A program made the translations under genes and the position numbers. Below the pieces are notes generated by a model, which saw only the letters and a list, made by a program, of their open reading frames with translations, made no database searches and was not told the DNA's origin. Below, piece by piece: positions 11,701-22,800 of a stretch of 24,634 nt of DNA (its first letter is position 1; each line of letters begins with the position of its first letter). This stretch comes from Zygophlyctis sp. KS116 (taxonomy: Eukaryota > Fungi > Chytridiomycota): positions 1-24,634 of the forward strand of contig BAAFSQ010000147.1 of the NCBI GenBank assembly GCA_054661495.1, read 5' to 3'.

Positions 11701-12839
11701 ACTTGATTATTCGTGATTAAAACATTTGTACCAGACGTTTGTATCGCATATAAATCACCATAAACGGCATACTGCCGTGTTCTTGAAGTATAAACTTGCA
11801 CTTTATCTTCCCTCTTAACAAACAAGTCTTCGTTTCTACCCCATTGAGCTATACATGTTCCACTGATTGTAGAGCTAATTGCTTGTAAAAGCTAACTTTA
11901 ATTCATTCGAATTACCTCCCAAGATCTCTTGGAATCCCAAATTTTCCAGATATATATATTTCCTTTATTAGTAGTTGCCAGCATTAAACACGATTCATTT
12001 TTCCAATCCATACTAGTTATAAATTCTGAATCTTGTAATTTGACTGTTACTTGTTCAACTGAAGAATCCTCATCTGATAAGAAATTATAAATTTGAATCG
12101 ATTTCCCAGGAATACTAATTATCAATGCTTCATCATGTATCAGAGATGTTAAAAAAGCAGAATCTGATTTTAATCCCAATTTTATAAGTTGAATCTGTCT
12201 TAATTTCCCATCATTTTCTATAGCCATTTTAGAAATTACCAAATCTCTTGTAATTGCTATAATTAGAGATTTTGAAGGAATGTAATAGACATCTTGAACA
12301 TTTGAAGGGAAAAGTTGTGATATTTGTTCACAATGTCCCAAATCATCAGCATAATAGACAAATCCATCACTACATATCATATAAAACGTGATTGGATCTT
12401 TTGAATTCCCATTCATGATTAGAATCTTTGAGATGTTATGAGTTATCCTATATTCTATTAACGAAACTAATCTCTTTCTTGCATCATATTTCCAAACCAC
12501 AACATGATTATCTGCATCTAGAGTAATAAACTTGTTTCCTTGAGCCCATTCGATTCCCTTTATTTGGCAAGAATGTATTTTTCCTTCTACAAGACTCTTA
12601 TCGTTTCCATCATACACACTTATGCTTGCATCATCCCATGCGATTAATAATAATTTCAACTTTGAATTCCATTTTTTAGATGTAATTGATTTTGTAATTT
12701 GTAATTTATCTATATCTGCGTCACCATTACCATTTGAAATTACTAATTCATGTTTAGAGGCCATACTAGAAACTGCGAGCAGAGCATGCGCATCTAGAGA
12801 GTTATATTGTCCAGGGACTTGATAGTCTGTAATCCACAT
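8721..12839 (-). CDS. IFT140: Intraflagellar transport protein 140 (IFT-A complex), ~1271 aa, 13 exons
   Basis: N-terminal WD40 region (YYADDLGHC), then a TPR region with IFT140 motifs [54 protein letters not shown] and [15 protein letters not shown]. Introns 11892-11915, 11677-11702, 11347-11373, 11185-11210, 11061-11086, 10966-10990, 10807-10831, 9940-9966, 9776-9799, 9290-9314, 9149-9173, 9045-9067. TAG at 8721-8723. Confidence 0.95.
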
Positions 12840-13168
12840 TTATTTTCGGACAAAAGTATTGAATTACGCGATTAGACTCGATCGCAAGTGATTTCCAATC
12901 TGCTACTTAACTGATATACTCCAACCCACACATCAACTGCGCAATAATAAAAAGAGATTCCTTATTGCAGATAAGATTAGTATATCTAGGAATTCCTTTA
13001 TACGAATGCAAGTACTGAATATCGTTGATCTACTTTCGGACAATCATAATAGCGTTTCTGCTAGAAATACTATAATCATGCATACTTTATAAGATCCAGG
13101 TCATAAACTGTTATAGATCATTAAGAGCCCACTAATCAAGAGAATTGCCCCTACGCCTTTAAAAAGTA
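12840..13168. promoter_or_regulatory. Divergent promoter region between IFT140 and VPS5 (329 nt)
   Basis: Non-coding interval between two head-to-head ATGs; contains TTTCGGACAA twice (12844, 13034). Confidence 0.55.
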
Positions 13169-14985
13169 ATGAGTTTCTCTTATTTGGACGATGATCTAGC
13201 AAATGTTTGGCAGGATGAGAATGATTCTGCTCCTAAAGAGATATCTGATGCAGCTTTACAGACTTATTCAACAAACGTCGAACCAGCAACAGAGTTGACA
13301 ACCATTTTGGTTAAAGAAACAATAGAAATTCCTACAGAGCCAATGGATAACTTGGAAAAGCCAACGGCAAAGATGGAGAATGAACCGACTCTTCTAAAAA
13401 TGGAAAATAAAGTTCAACAGGAAGCTACTCAAGTCTGGGATCCGCTCAATCATGGGACTGACAAGAAGGAAATGTTTGTAATTGAAAGAAACGATGATGC
13501 AGTTATGGATTTAATTAATCCTTTTAATGCTCTACAAACTCTAGAGAATTACGTACAGCCAGGTATTGAAGAGTCTGTGTACGCGACGCCCGACATTGGA
13601 AATCAGAATCAATCTTTAATACAAACCCAACTACCTATATCACAAAAGATAGAGTCTGTTATTATAGATCCACTTTCTGTAGATCAAACGGAAGACACTG
13701 ATCTGGAAGAAGAAATTGAATCTAAAAGCAACAAGGCTCAATTTTATTTTCATGTTGCTGTTTTAGAACCTATAAAGGTTGGAGATACTTTAAGTGCTCA
13801 TGTTACGTACAAGGTCAAAACTATAACAGATTCTGTAGAATATAGGAATAAGGAAGTTACAGTTAATAGGAGATTTAGAGATTTCCTATGGTTATATAAT
13901 AATTTAGTAAACAAGTATCCTGGACTTATAATTCCACCCGTTCCAGAGAAATTGGCTATAGGTAACTTTTTAAAATTGAAGAAAAAGGGAGATTCCAGGA
14001 CGATTTTGTAGAAAATAGGAGGTTTTCACTAGAAAGGTTCTTGATTAAAGTTACCTGCCATCCAATGTTACAGCTAGATGAAGACTTGAGATGTTTTTTG
14101 GAATCTGAAACTTTTACAGCAGATGTATTTTTTTCTTAAATATTAAATTATAGAAGAAGAGAGATTTTGGAATTTCAATGAAAACTTTTATGATTAGTTC
14201 AGACTCTATCGTGTCTTCTAATCAGACTTTTTTAAAGATTGCAGATAATGATGAGATTTTGGAGAAACATAAAAATCATTTAGAAACTTTAGAAAAACAA
14301 TTAAAGGCTCTACATAAAGCATTGGATTTGGTAGTAAAACAAAGGCTAGGTATGAGATAATTTGGATAATTTTAGATTTAGCATTATCAAATCAGAATTT
14401 TGGAGATACTATTTTAGGCTTAGTAAGCTCTGAATTTGAAGGACCATTGACTCAAAATCTTGAGAAATTGGGTGGAATTCATAAAAAGTTGTATAATATT
14501 CATGAAAAACAGGCAAAACATGATCTTCATCATTTAATTACCATGATTGATGAACATGAACGTTTTATAGGATCTACTAAAATTGCTTTTAATGCCAGAG
14601 CTAAATTCCTCAATGTTTTTCAGTCTGCAGAGGCCACTAAAAACAAAAAACAAGAGACATTAGAAAAATTAGAGTCAACAATGCGTGTCCGAACAGACAA
14701 GATTGAACTTGCACAATCCGAACTTTCATCTGTAAATTTCAGATAATTAAATATTATTAGGCCATAGCATCACTTGAAAATGCAAAACAAGATTTAAGTA
14801 ATGTTACCAATGCCTTATATTCTGAACTTGAACGTATTAAAGTAGATAAAACCGAGGATTTCACAATTGCAGTAAAATCTTTCCTCACAGGATTCTTGTC
14901 TACTCAAAAACAAGTATTTTATAGAAACATTAACTTGTAGGCTGTTGCATTATGGGAATCTTATTTCAACAAGGGTTTAGCATAA
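13169..14985 (+). CDS. VPS5: Retromer sorting nexin Vps5/SNX1-like (acidic N-terminus, PX, BAR), ~559 aa, 6 exons
   Basis: PX domain VGDTLSAHVTYKV...VNRRFRDFLWLY...PGLIIPPVPEK.AIGRFQDDFVENRR; helical BAR region ending LWESY. Introns 13962-13987, 14125-14153, 14350-14375, 14732-14760, 14914-14940. TAA at 14983-14985. Confidence 0.9.
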
Positions 14986-14989
14986 TATT

Positions 14990-16123
14990 ATGGATCAACA
15001 AGACTTGGGCCAATTTAGAGCGGACTGGATCGCCGAGATGAGTCAAGAACAAGGAAATAGTTTGAGTAATAATGTTTTAAACGTCCATTTACCGGCCAAC
15101 GTTGAGCCTCTGAATACTCCAAATGAGGCTATAAATGCATACATTTCTGCATCTAACCATGAACGGTCAGGAAATCTTCATGCAGCAATGACAGATTATA
15201 GAAGAGGTATATTTATTAATATTTTATGTTTAGCTGAAAAACTGAATCCAGAAATTCATCGTATTGTTTCGTCAAATCCAAATATTTTACCACCTGATAC
15301 GCATATACAATTCAAATCTTCTCAACCAATAGCTTCAATATCTAAAACAGAGGCTATAGACAGTACTAAATTTGAAATCGCTGCATTCATTCCTCGAAAT
15401 CCTGAAAAAAAACTTGGATTTATTGGTATTTTACCTGATGAACTAGTGATTGAGATTGTAAAATGGAATTTATTCTGGGATTTATCATGTTACTTAAAGC
15501 TATCAATCACTTGTAAGAAGATGTGGTCCTTGGTAAAGGATTCACGAATATGGAGATGGGCTTGTGAGCGAATGCATTCATCTAAACTATTAAATTTAAA
15601 TTCAGACTCCACTTGGTTGAATCTATGGCTCTCGATTCCTAGAATACGAGTTGACGGTGTTTATATTTCAAGAGTTACATATACAAGACAGGGTTTGGAT
15701 GAATCATCGCTATATACACCTGTACATTTGGTTATATACTATAGATATCTTCGTTTCTTCCATTCTGTAGTCGTAATGTGGACAACTGCGCTTGAACCAA
15801 GGAATGCAATCAAGTTTCTAGCATGTGATTCTATCCATAAAAAGGAATTTTGTATGGGGAAATGGAAATTTGACGATAAATTCATAAAAATTTATGATTT
15901 ACTTGATAAAAAGGTACCTCGGTATGTTTTTGAAGCACGGTTTAAAATTTCTGCAACTAGGCCTGGTTCATTTAACAAATTAAGTTGGGAAGAATATAAC
16001 GCAAGACAAATTCAGGATCAAAATTCTATAACAAGTATTTCTACACAGTTGAAACCGTTTATATTCTCAAAAGTTAAATCTTTTCCAACATATGGGAGTT
16101 CAAAATTATATTGGGACAACTGA
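14990..16123 (+). CDS. HRT3: F-box protein Hrt3/FBXO9-like, ~368 aa
   Basis: N-terminal LGQFRADWIAEM, TPR/MIT-like helix pair, F-box LPDELVIEI, and family motifs PRIRVDGVYIS..Y.R.G and PVHLVIYYRYLRFF. Likely in-frame 27-nt intron at 15207-15233; removing it gives YRRAEKLNPEI. Confidence 0.9.
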   Translation: MDQQDLGQFRADWIAEMSQEQGNSLSNNVLNVHLPANVEPLNTPNEAINAYISASNHERSGNLHAAMTDYRRGIFINILCLAEKLNPEIHRIVSSNPNILPPDTHIQFKSSQPIASISKTEAIDSTKFEIAAFIPRNPEKKLGFIGILPDELVIEIVKWNLFWDLSCYLKLSITCKKMWSLVKDSRIWRWACERMHSSKLLNLNSDSTWLNLWLSIPRIRVDGVYISRVTYTRQGLDESSLYTPVHLVIYYRYLRFFHSVVVMWTTALEPRNAIKFLACDSIHKKEFCMGKWKFDDKFIKIYDLLDKKVPRYVFEARFKISATRPGSFNKLSWEEYNARQIQDQNSITSISTQLKPFIFSKVKSFPTYGSSKLYWDN

Positions 16124-16187
16124 TCAAAATAAGTTTAGGTGATGTTTCTTAAAATTTTAGAAATATTGTGATCTCTGTGGCTTTGGA

Positions 16188-16855
16188 ATGGATGGTTTGA
16201 TACAAGAAGCTGCAAGCCTGAAAGCGTCGAATTTAGTACTTAAAAAAGCAATTTTGGATGAGCGCTCTTCAAAAGAAGCAGCGTGTAATTTGTTGGTGGC
16301 TCAAAAGGAAACATTTAAAAGAGAAACTCTTTCAAGCTTAGAACCTATCACTGTTAAAAAGGATTTAAATTTAATACTTGAAGATTATCATTCTGAATTT
16401 CTCTTGTATTTTCAATCTAAAGCTGGAACTTGCGATTCTGTACAATCTAATCTGGAATTTCAAATTAAAATTTTAGAAAATACAACTCTTAAAATAGATA
16501 CTGAAATTACTCAAGTTTTGCATGCAATCACTAGAAATTTAAAAGACAAGAAGAATACCCTGGTTTTGAATTCTTTATTATTAAATCTAAGAATATGCTG
16601 GATCAGAAAGATTTTGGCGGAAAAGGGAGAAGGATCACATCCTTTAATAGCTTCATTGTCATTTGTTCTATTGACATTGGAGGATATTGGACTTTACACT
16701 CAAAATACACGAGGTAAATCAACAATTTTAATTCATATTTAGAGATGAAGGCAGTTCTTGCAGAAGTAAAAAACGCTAAGAAATTACATGATCTATCTGT
16801 TGCAGTGCAGAAACTGGACGCTGAATTGTTGGAAATAAAGTCTAAGGGAGAATGA
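16188..16855 (+). CDS. Short PPP1R21 (KLRAQ-domain, FERRY Fy-2)-like coiled-coil protein, ~212 aa, 2 exons
   Basis: LIQEAASLKASNLVLKKAILDE resembles the KLRAQ motif (EYSKLRAQNQVLKKGVVDE); ICWIRKIL resembles PPP1R21 ICFLRKIL (both recalled). Intron 16714-16742 joins a coiled-coil last exon ending at TGA 16853-16855. Confidence 0.6.
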
Positions 16856-16859
16856 CGTA
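16852..16859 (+). promoter_or_regulatory. ATGACGTA site overlapping the stop codon of the PPP1R21-like gene, 25 nt upstream of the CFAP46 ATG
   Basis: Sequence gaATGACGTAatc; the same motif lies upstream of the RhoGAP and WD genes. Confidence 0.4.
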
Positions 16860-16884
16860 ATCTGTTAATAAAATTCCTTTCCAA

Positions 16885-19800
16885 ATGGATGAGAGAGCTG
16901 CAAATCTATTAAATAATGCATTGAGCTTTGTGAAGCAAGGAAAATGGACGGAAGCCGACTGCAAAGTACAGGAATTTTATGCGACTCTACCAAAGGATCC
17001 AGCATTGATCGCAAGGTATATAATATATAAATAATCATAGATCTATTTTAATTAATTCGTACATTGCAGCAGGAATGATTCCCAATGATAGACAATGCAG
17101 AATATTCATCTTAAGTTCTGGGGAGAAAGCGCCGGTAGGTGTTATCAGTGGAGTACATATGGTCAAGTCTGCGATTGAAATGGCAAATCAAGTTGATTTA
17201 GATTCAAATGAATTGTTTTTAGATATTATTAGATGCTTTTTAGATATTGCGGGGAGATATCTTTTTTCTGAAGGAAATTCATGGCAACCATTACTCTCAT
17301 TGTTCATTCAAAGTGCAATACGAGAAAAAGCGCCTAATTCATGGATAATCCTTTTGCTCTTGGCTGATTCCTTTGCCCATAAAAATAATGATAAAGCATT
17401 GGCTTTGAAGAGATTAAATGCAGCCTTTGATATGGCGGAAAGTGATCAAGAATCAGTTGATGCTTTTTATGTTTGTTTATTGGCAATAATTGAATCCGAT
17501 TTTTTGGTCAAAGTTTATCCAGAATGGGAATCAAATATGGCGCTTTATCTATTCGTTAACATCAATCGTTATCATTTGCATTCTGAAGCAATTTCAGCCG
17601 AAACATTCTCTGTATTACAGGAACATTTGAGAAAATTCATAAATACAAATCACACTGATAATTTATCAAAAGCTATTGATTGCCAGTCTCTAACATTAAA
17701 GCTTGCCTCAATAGCTTTAAAATGTAATTTGCCTGATCAATCAAAGGTATTATTGCGAAACATTGCAATTTATGAACGAAAATCAATGATATTCATACGA
17801 AAAGAGTATTTAATCGCTGAAATAGCCTTATTTGAACTGGAAAAAACAAAAAATACCGATTTATCTAAAATATCAATGATAATATCAGCACTTTCAGAGG
17901 CTGTAGATATTGCTAGTCGAAGTAAAATGTGCTCTCAAATTATAAATGAAGGTTGTCTGCTGATTTGGAATTGTAGTAGAACGTTTCTTCCTATCCCGAA
18001 ATTTCATAAATATCAAGAATTGATTAAAGCTTTCAAGATATCTGCTGGAGCTTTGGAAAAAATAGCGAGCTCCTTGAAATCGATCAGGACGGAAATGCAC
18101 TATGAGCTGGCGAGATATTATTTTTATCAGGAATTAATTCCAGATGCATCGGATCATGTAAAAAAGGGATTGGCGCTTTCAGTCTCAAATGAAACCATGG
18201 AAATGGATCTGAAATTACTTGAAATAATGATTGAGACAAAAAATTGTGACTTGTTTTCTGAATCGCTGGAATTTAGAGGTAATTTAATTAAGCATTTTTA
18301 TATATTTAGCAGTTAAGAATATTCATGCTGCTTATGAGGCAAAAGAACTTGAAATATCAGTAGATTTTGTTAAAAAGGCCGTAGAAGAGTTTATCCCTGT
18401 AATTTTTCTTTTTAATTATTAAAATTTAAGTTAACGGTTAATTGTAATATATCAAGAACAAAAGAAATCGCTGTTGATAATAGCTCGGTTGAGCTGAAAG
18501 AGAACTTTTCAAGAGAAGATCACCTCCAAATTGTTGTGGTGGAATATATCCTGGAGTGCATAAAAGATTTAGCAGAATTATTTGATAAGAGATACAGATC
18601 AGCTAAATCATTTAATCAAACCATCAGTAATCTGATAAAAAAGTTTTGGGGGCTCAGAGTAACTTTATGCGATCAGTTATTGAATGGACATTTATCCAAA
18701 GCAAAGGAGTCTCGTTATCAGAAGAAGAAAGCAACTACTTTTATTACTAAATCGGTATCTCTTCAAAATGCATTTTTCGACTCAAATAGTGAATTACATA
18801 CTCTTGAAAGTATTAGAAATGATATAACTGATGGACTTTTGAATTGCTGTCAAATTTCAGGCCATAATGATGGTGATAATAATCAAATGATTGCAGCCAC
18901 TGAGCTTTGGAATTTTTATCAAAGATATTATAAAGAGCAGACCAATGTTTTTTGGGCCTCTATTTTTCAAAAATTATATTCGTATCTTGTTGAAGCTACA
19001 AACTTAGAGGATTATTCACTATTCAAGTATGTCGCTGCTACTCATGCATCAATGCTCGTCCAAGAGCTAACTGTGCCCCAAAATGTAAAAGAGCCCAAAC
19101 CGAAGGCCGGAAAGGCTAATGCACCACCTTCTAATTTATTACAAGCAGAAGAAATAATTCATAATGCTTTGCTTAAAACTCCATATTTAGTGGAATCACA
19201 AATATTCCTGGTGGCTGCATGGCGCCAAATGCTTGTAACAAAGACTGACAAATGCGTCGAGTCTATATCTAATATCGATAATCTGACTGAACTATTCACT
19301 TCCCTCGAGATTGCAGAGCTTTCCTCTGAAAAATTTGACGGTTTAAAAACTGATTATCTACTGAAACGAATGGTTTTTACGGCGTTGACTTCAAACAATT
19401 TACCGGAAGTACTTAAAATAGAAATCATGGCTGGTATAGCACAATTCGCGGTTAATCATGACTACTTCACGACTGCTTCTGGATGTATGAACGCTGGATT
19501 CGAAATTATAGCATCTTGCAAGCACATTAATTACCAAATTTTAGAGGTTAGTTTTTTTTCTTTTATTATAAGGCAAAAATGTTAATGGAACTTATAAAAT
19601 CTCAGCACCTTATTATTCTCTTAACAAAAAATATATATGAGGAGTCAGAATCTTCGATGCTTTCGGAAGCGTTTGATCTTTCTCTATCATCTCTTCATTT
19701 TGGTCTGCAATCTACTGCAAATATACCATTCGCGATGTTTTTCAAACTTTTTGAAAACATTGAATATGTAATGAAAAAAATCCATGGTATACAATTAAGT

Positions 19801-22800
19801 CTGGAATATTTTGTCAAAATCCGTAAACTGTTTTCTTCTTTCAAAAAATGGCCAAAAATTGACACTCTACTTCAAAACTCCAATTTTTTTAAACATTTCG
19901 AATCCATTTTTGTTTTATTGTCTGAAATATGCTTCGCAAATGGATGGAATGATGATGGAATATCTGTTTGTGATCTTTCTGACAAGATTATTTCAAAATC
20001 AGATGCAATGAATCTAGAGCGCTATAAGTGGCTTAGCTGGACAGGTAAACAGAGCTGTTTCTTAAAACTTTTACCAGCAGAAATGGCTCGCATGTGGCTC
20101 AGACAAACACAGAATTGCACTGATTATAATATCAAGATGCGAGTCTTTGAATTGTGCATTAAGGAATCTCAAGGTTCGAAAGTGGAGCTGGAGTCCATCG
20201 TTTGTTTTTTAGAGTGGAAAATACGATCGTACAATATTGACAAATTCCAGATATATTGGAATCGTCTGAAAGATACTTTAGATATAGAAAATGTTCCAAC
20301 ATTATCGAATGGCCTAGAATTAATGATTATTAATCTTAGAGCAGCCATTATTGTATTATTGAAAGAGCGAAATGATGATCAAATTCAGAAGCTATTGAAA
20401 TACTGTATAAGCATTGTGTTGGAGTTGATTCAATCTACTCAAATAGAAAGCCTGCTTTTAGCCCCTCCTACAGAAGCTCAACAAGTGCTAGCAAAAGTTA
20501 AAAAAGACGCTAAAGACCTTACAGGAATTAAAAGTCCACCAAATTCATTGCCCAAGGAATTACATGAATGGATGGAATATGTTTGGCCAGAATATATCCA
20601 GTCTTGCTTTAATGAATGCAACAAAAATGGTGTATTTTGTTTTAGTCAGTTAGCTAATCTATCGGAACTTATAGCATCTTTGTTTAGATTATCTACGCAT
20701 ATAAATAAGCTGGGCCTGCATGGCTCAGTTTTTTTATTTACAAAACTGATATGGTTGATTTCTAGTGGGAAATCAAAAGAAATTTTGTGTTCAATTGCTT
20801 TGATTGAAGTAGATGCATTACTTTCTATGAATAAAATAGCAGATTCTAGGGCGGCCTTTAGAAGCTTTTACAAAAACAAGCTAGACAATTTTAATGGGCA
20901 GAAAGAAAATTCTTTGTATCCTCGAAGTTTGTTTTTACAAGGAGGAATTCTTTTGAAATACGGCCATAGTGTTGAGGCGAAACGCATTCTTCTTCAAGCA
21001 AGGAATTTAGCAGTATTGGATGGTGATCTAAATCATGTCGCAGAAATTGATATTCTTTTAGGTTTTTTAAATATCATTTTTGGGAAAATGATTTTAACTC
21101 AAAAAATGATGAAGTTGGCAATATTGAAAAGTGCTAGCGCATGCATGCTGATGGATTCTTCTCTCACATTACTCTTTTCAGAAGCTATATGCTCACAATT
21201 TGTCAAAGCAGATACATATTTTTTTATTGAATCGGTTATAAATCAGATAGAAAATCTTAAACATGAAACACTTCCAGAGGATGTAAACGAGGCGCTTTTT
21301 ACGTTAAATTGGATTCAGCTGCGACTTCTGTTGCATATTGAAGAATTAGCTGGACAACAAAAATTTAAATTATCAATTAAATTATACGAAAATTGTACTC
21401 ATTATGGTGAAAAAAATGTTGATATTTCACGATTTAATAATATGCAATGTGATTATATCGATCAACTTTGGAATCTTTTGAAAGAGGAGAGCGATAATAA
21501 AAATAAACGGCAGATCAGAAATCATTGCATTGAATTCATCAAAAATTTGGAATCAAAATTGGAAAAATCTGATAAGCCTTTTGATTCTTATGATTTCAAA
21601 ATTATTCTTGCAATATTAAGAATTGAATTGGATTACTTAGCTCAGCCAAATATCGAACGGCACACTAAAAATGTTGACGATATTTTAGACGAGTACTTGG
21701 TAAATATTACGGATCCTCCACTCCAGATTCCAGATACATGCTGCAAACTGTTATCAACCATATCAATGGACGATGTTCCAGAAAATTTAAAACATGAATT
21801 TATCAGCTTTAAACTGTTATACGATGAAAAAAAAATGGAAATTGAAGGTAAAACAATATATTTTGATATAAAGTGAAATCAGAAATTCTTAAAGATTGTA
21901 TCTCAAAGATTTATTCTAGCCAGAATAGGCATCTTTTAAAAATAGTGCTTGAAAAGTATCTTGATTTGAAAATTTCAGAAAATTCACATGTTGCCTTTAG
22001 GTATATATATTTGTTTTATCGTAGTTCTTTAGCTCGGCTTCAGGCCATTGACGCTGTTTCATATTTACGTCAGGCATTTTTGAGTTTCAGAAAGGCGGCT
22101 GTAAATCATCCAATGGTTGATATTCTAAGACCATGGATGTTAAGATTTACTCAAGTTCATCCAGAGGATTTATGTATTTTTTTTTCATAATTTGTAGATT
22201 CGGACTTGGGAAATGCACGACTCAACACCTTGATCACTTTGAGAGAAGATTTAAATTTTGGACTTCTTCCAAAGGTATATTTTATTGTGATCGATGATCA
22301 GACAGTCAAAATTTTGATATTACAGCATTCTTCCGACGGAAAAACGTTATTTATAGGCGCTTTTAGGAAGAAAAATGACATCAAGCTGAAAGGAGATCCC
22401 AAACAGAAAGGCATTGAAGAATATGACTTTGTAATGATCAAAAGCCAAGTAGATAGTTTGAATTTTTTACAGGCCAAAAAAAATATTTGGAATCTCAAGA
22501 CTTCTGGAAGTTCAAAAAATGGTTCTGAATTTGATGAATTATCAACAAAAAATTTGGTCTATAGCTATTTATCTAGTCTTTCTGAATCTAAGGAAATAAG
22601 TAACTTCGGTAAACTTAAATATAGAGGAAATCATTTCGACTGCTCCAAAGGCTGAATCGAGCACGACGATCAAAGGATCCTCACGAAATACCAAAACAGC
22701 CGATACAAATTCTAAAACAGCCGATACAAAAAGTCAGATGGAAACGGATCATCTCGTCATTTTATGTGACGACTTGATATCTTCTCTTCCCCTCGAAGGA

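Noticed and set aside
16855-16885. Fusion of the PPP1R21-like gene to CFAP46 through the GTAATC at 16857
   Set aside because: The TGA precedes the GT, there is no AG before ATG 16885, and CFAP46 has its own plausible N-terminus.
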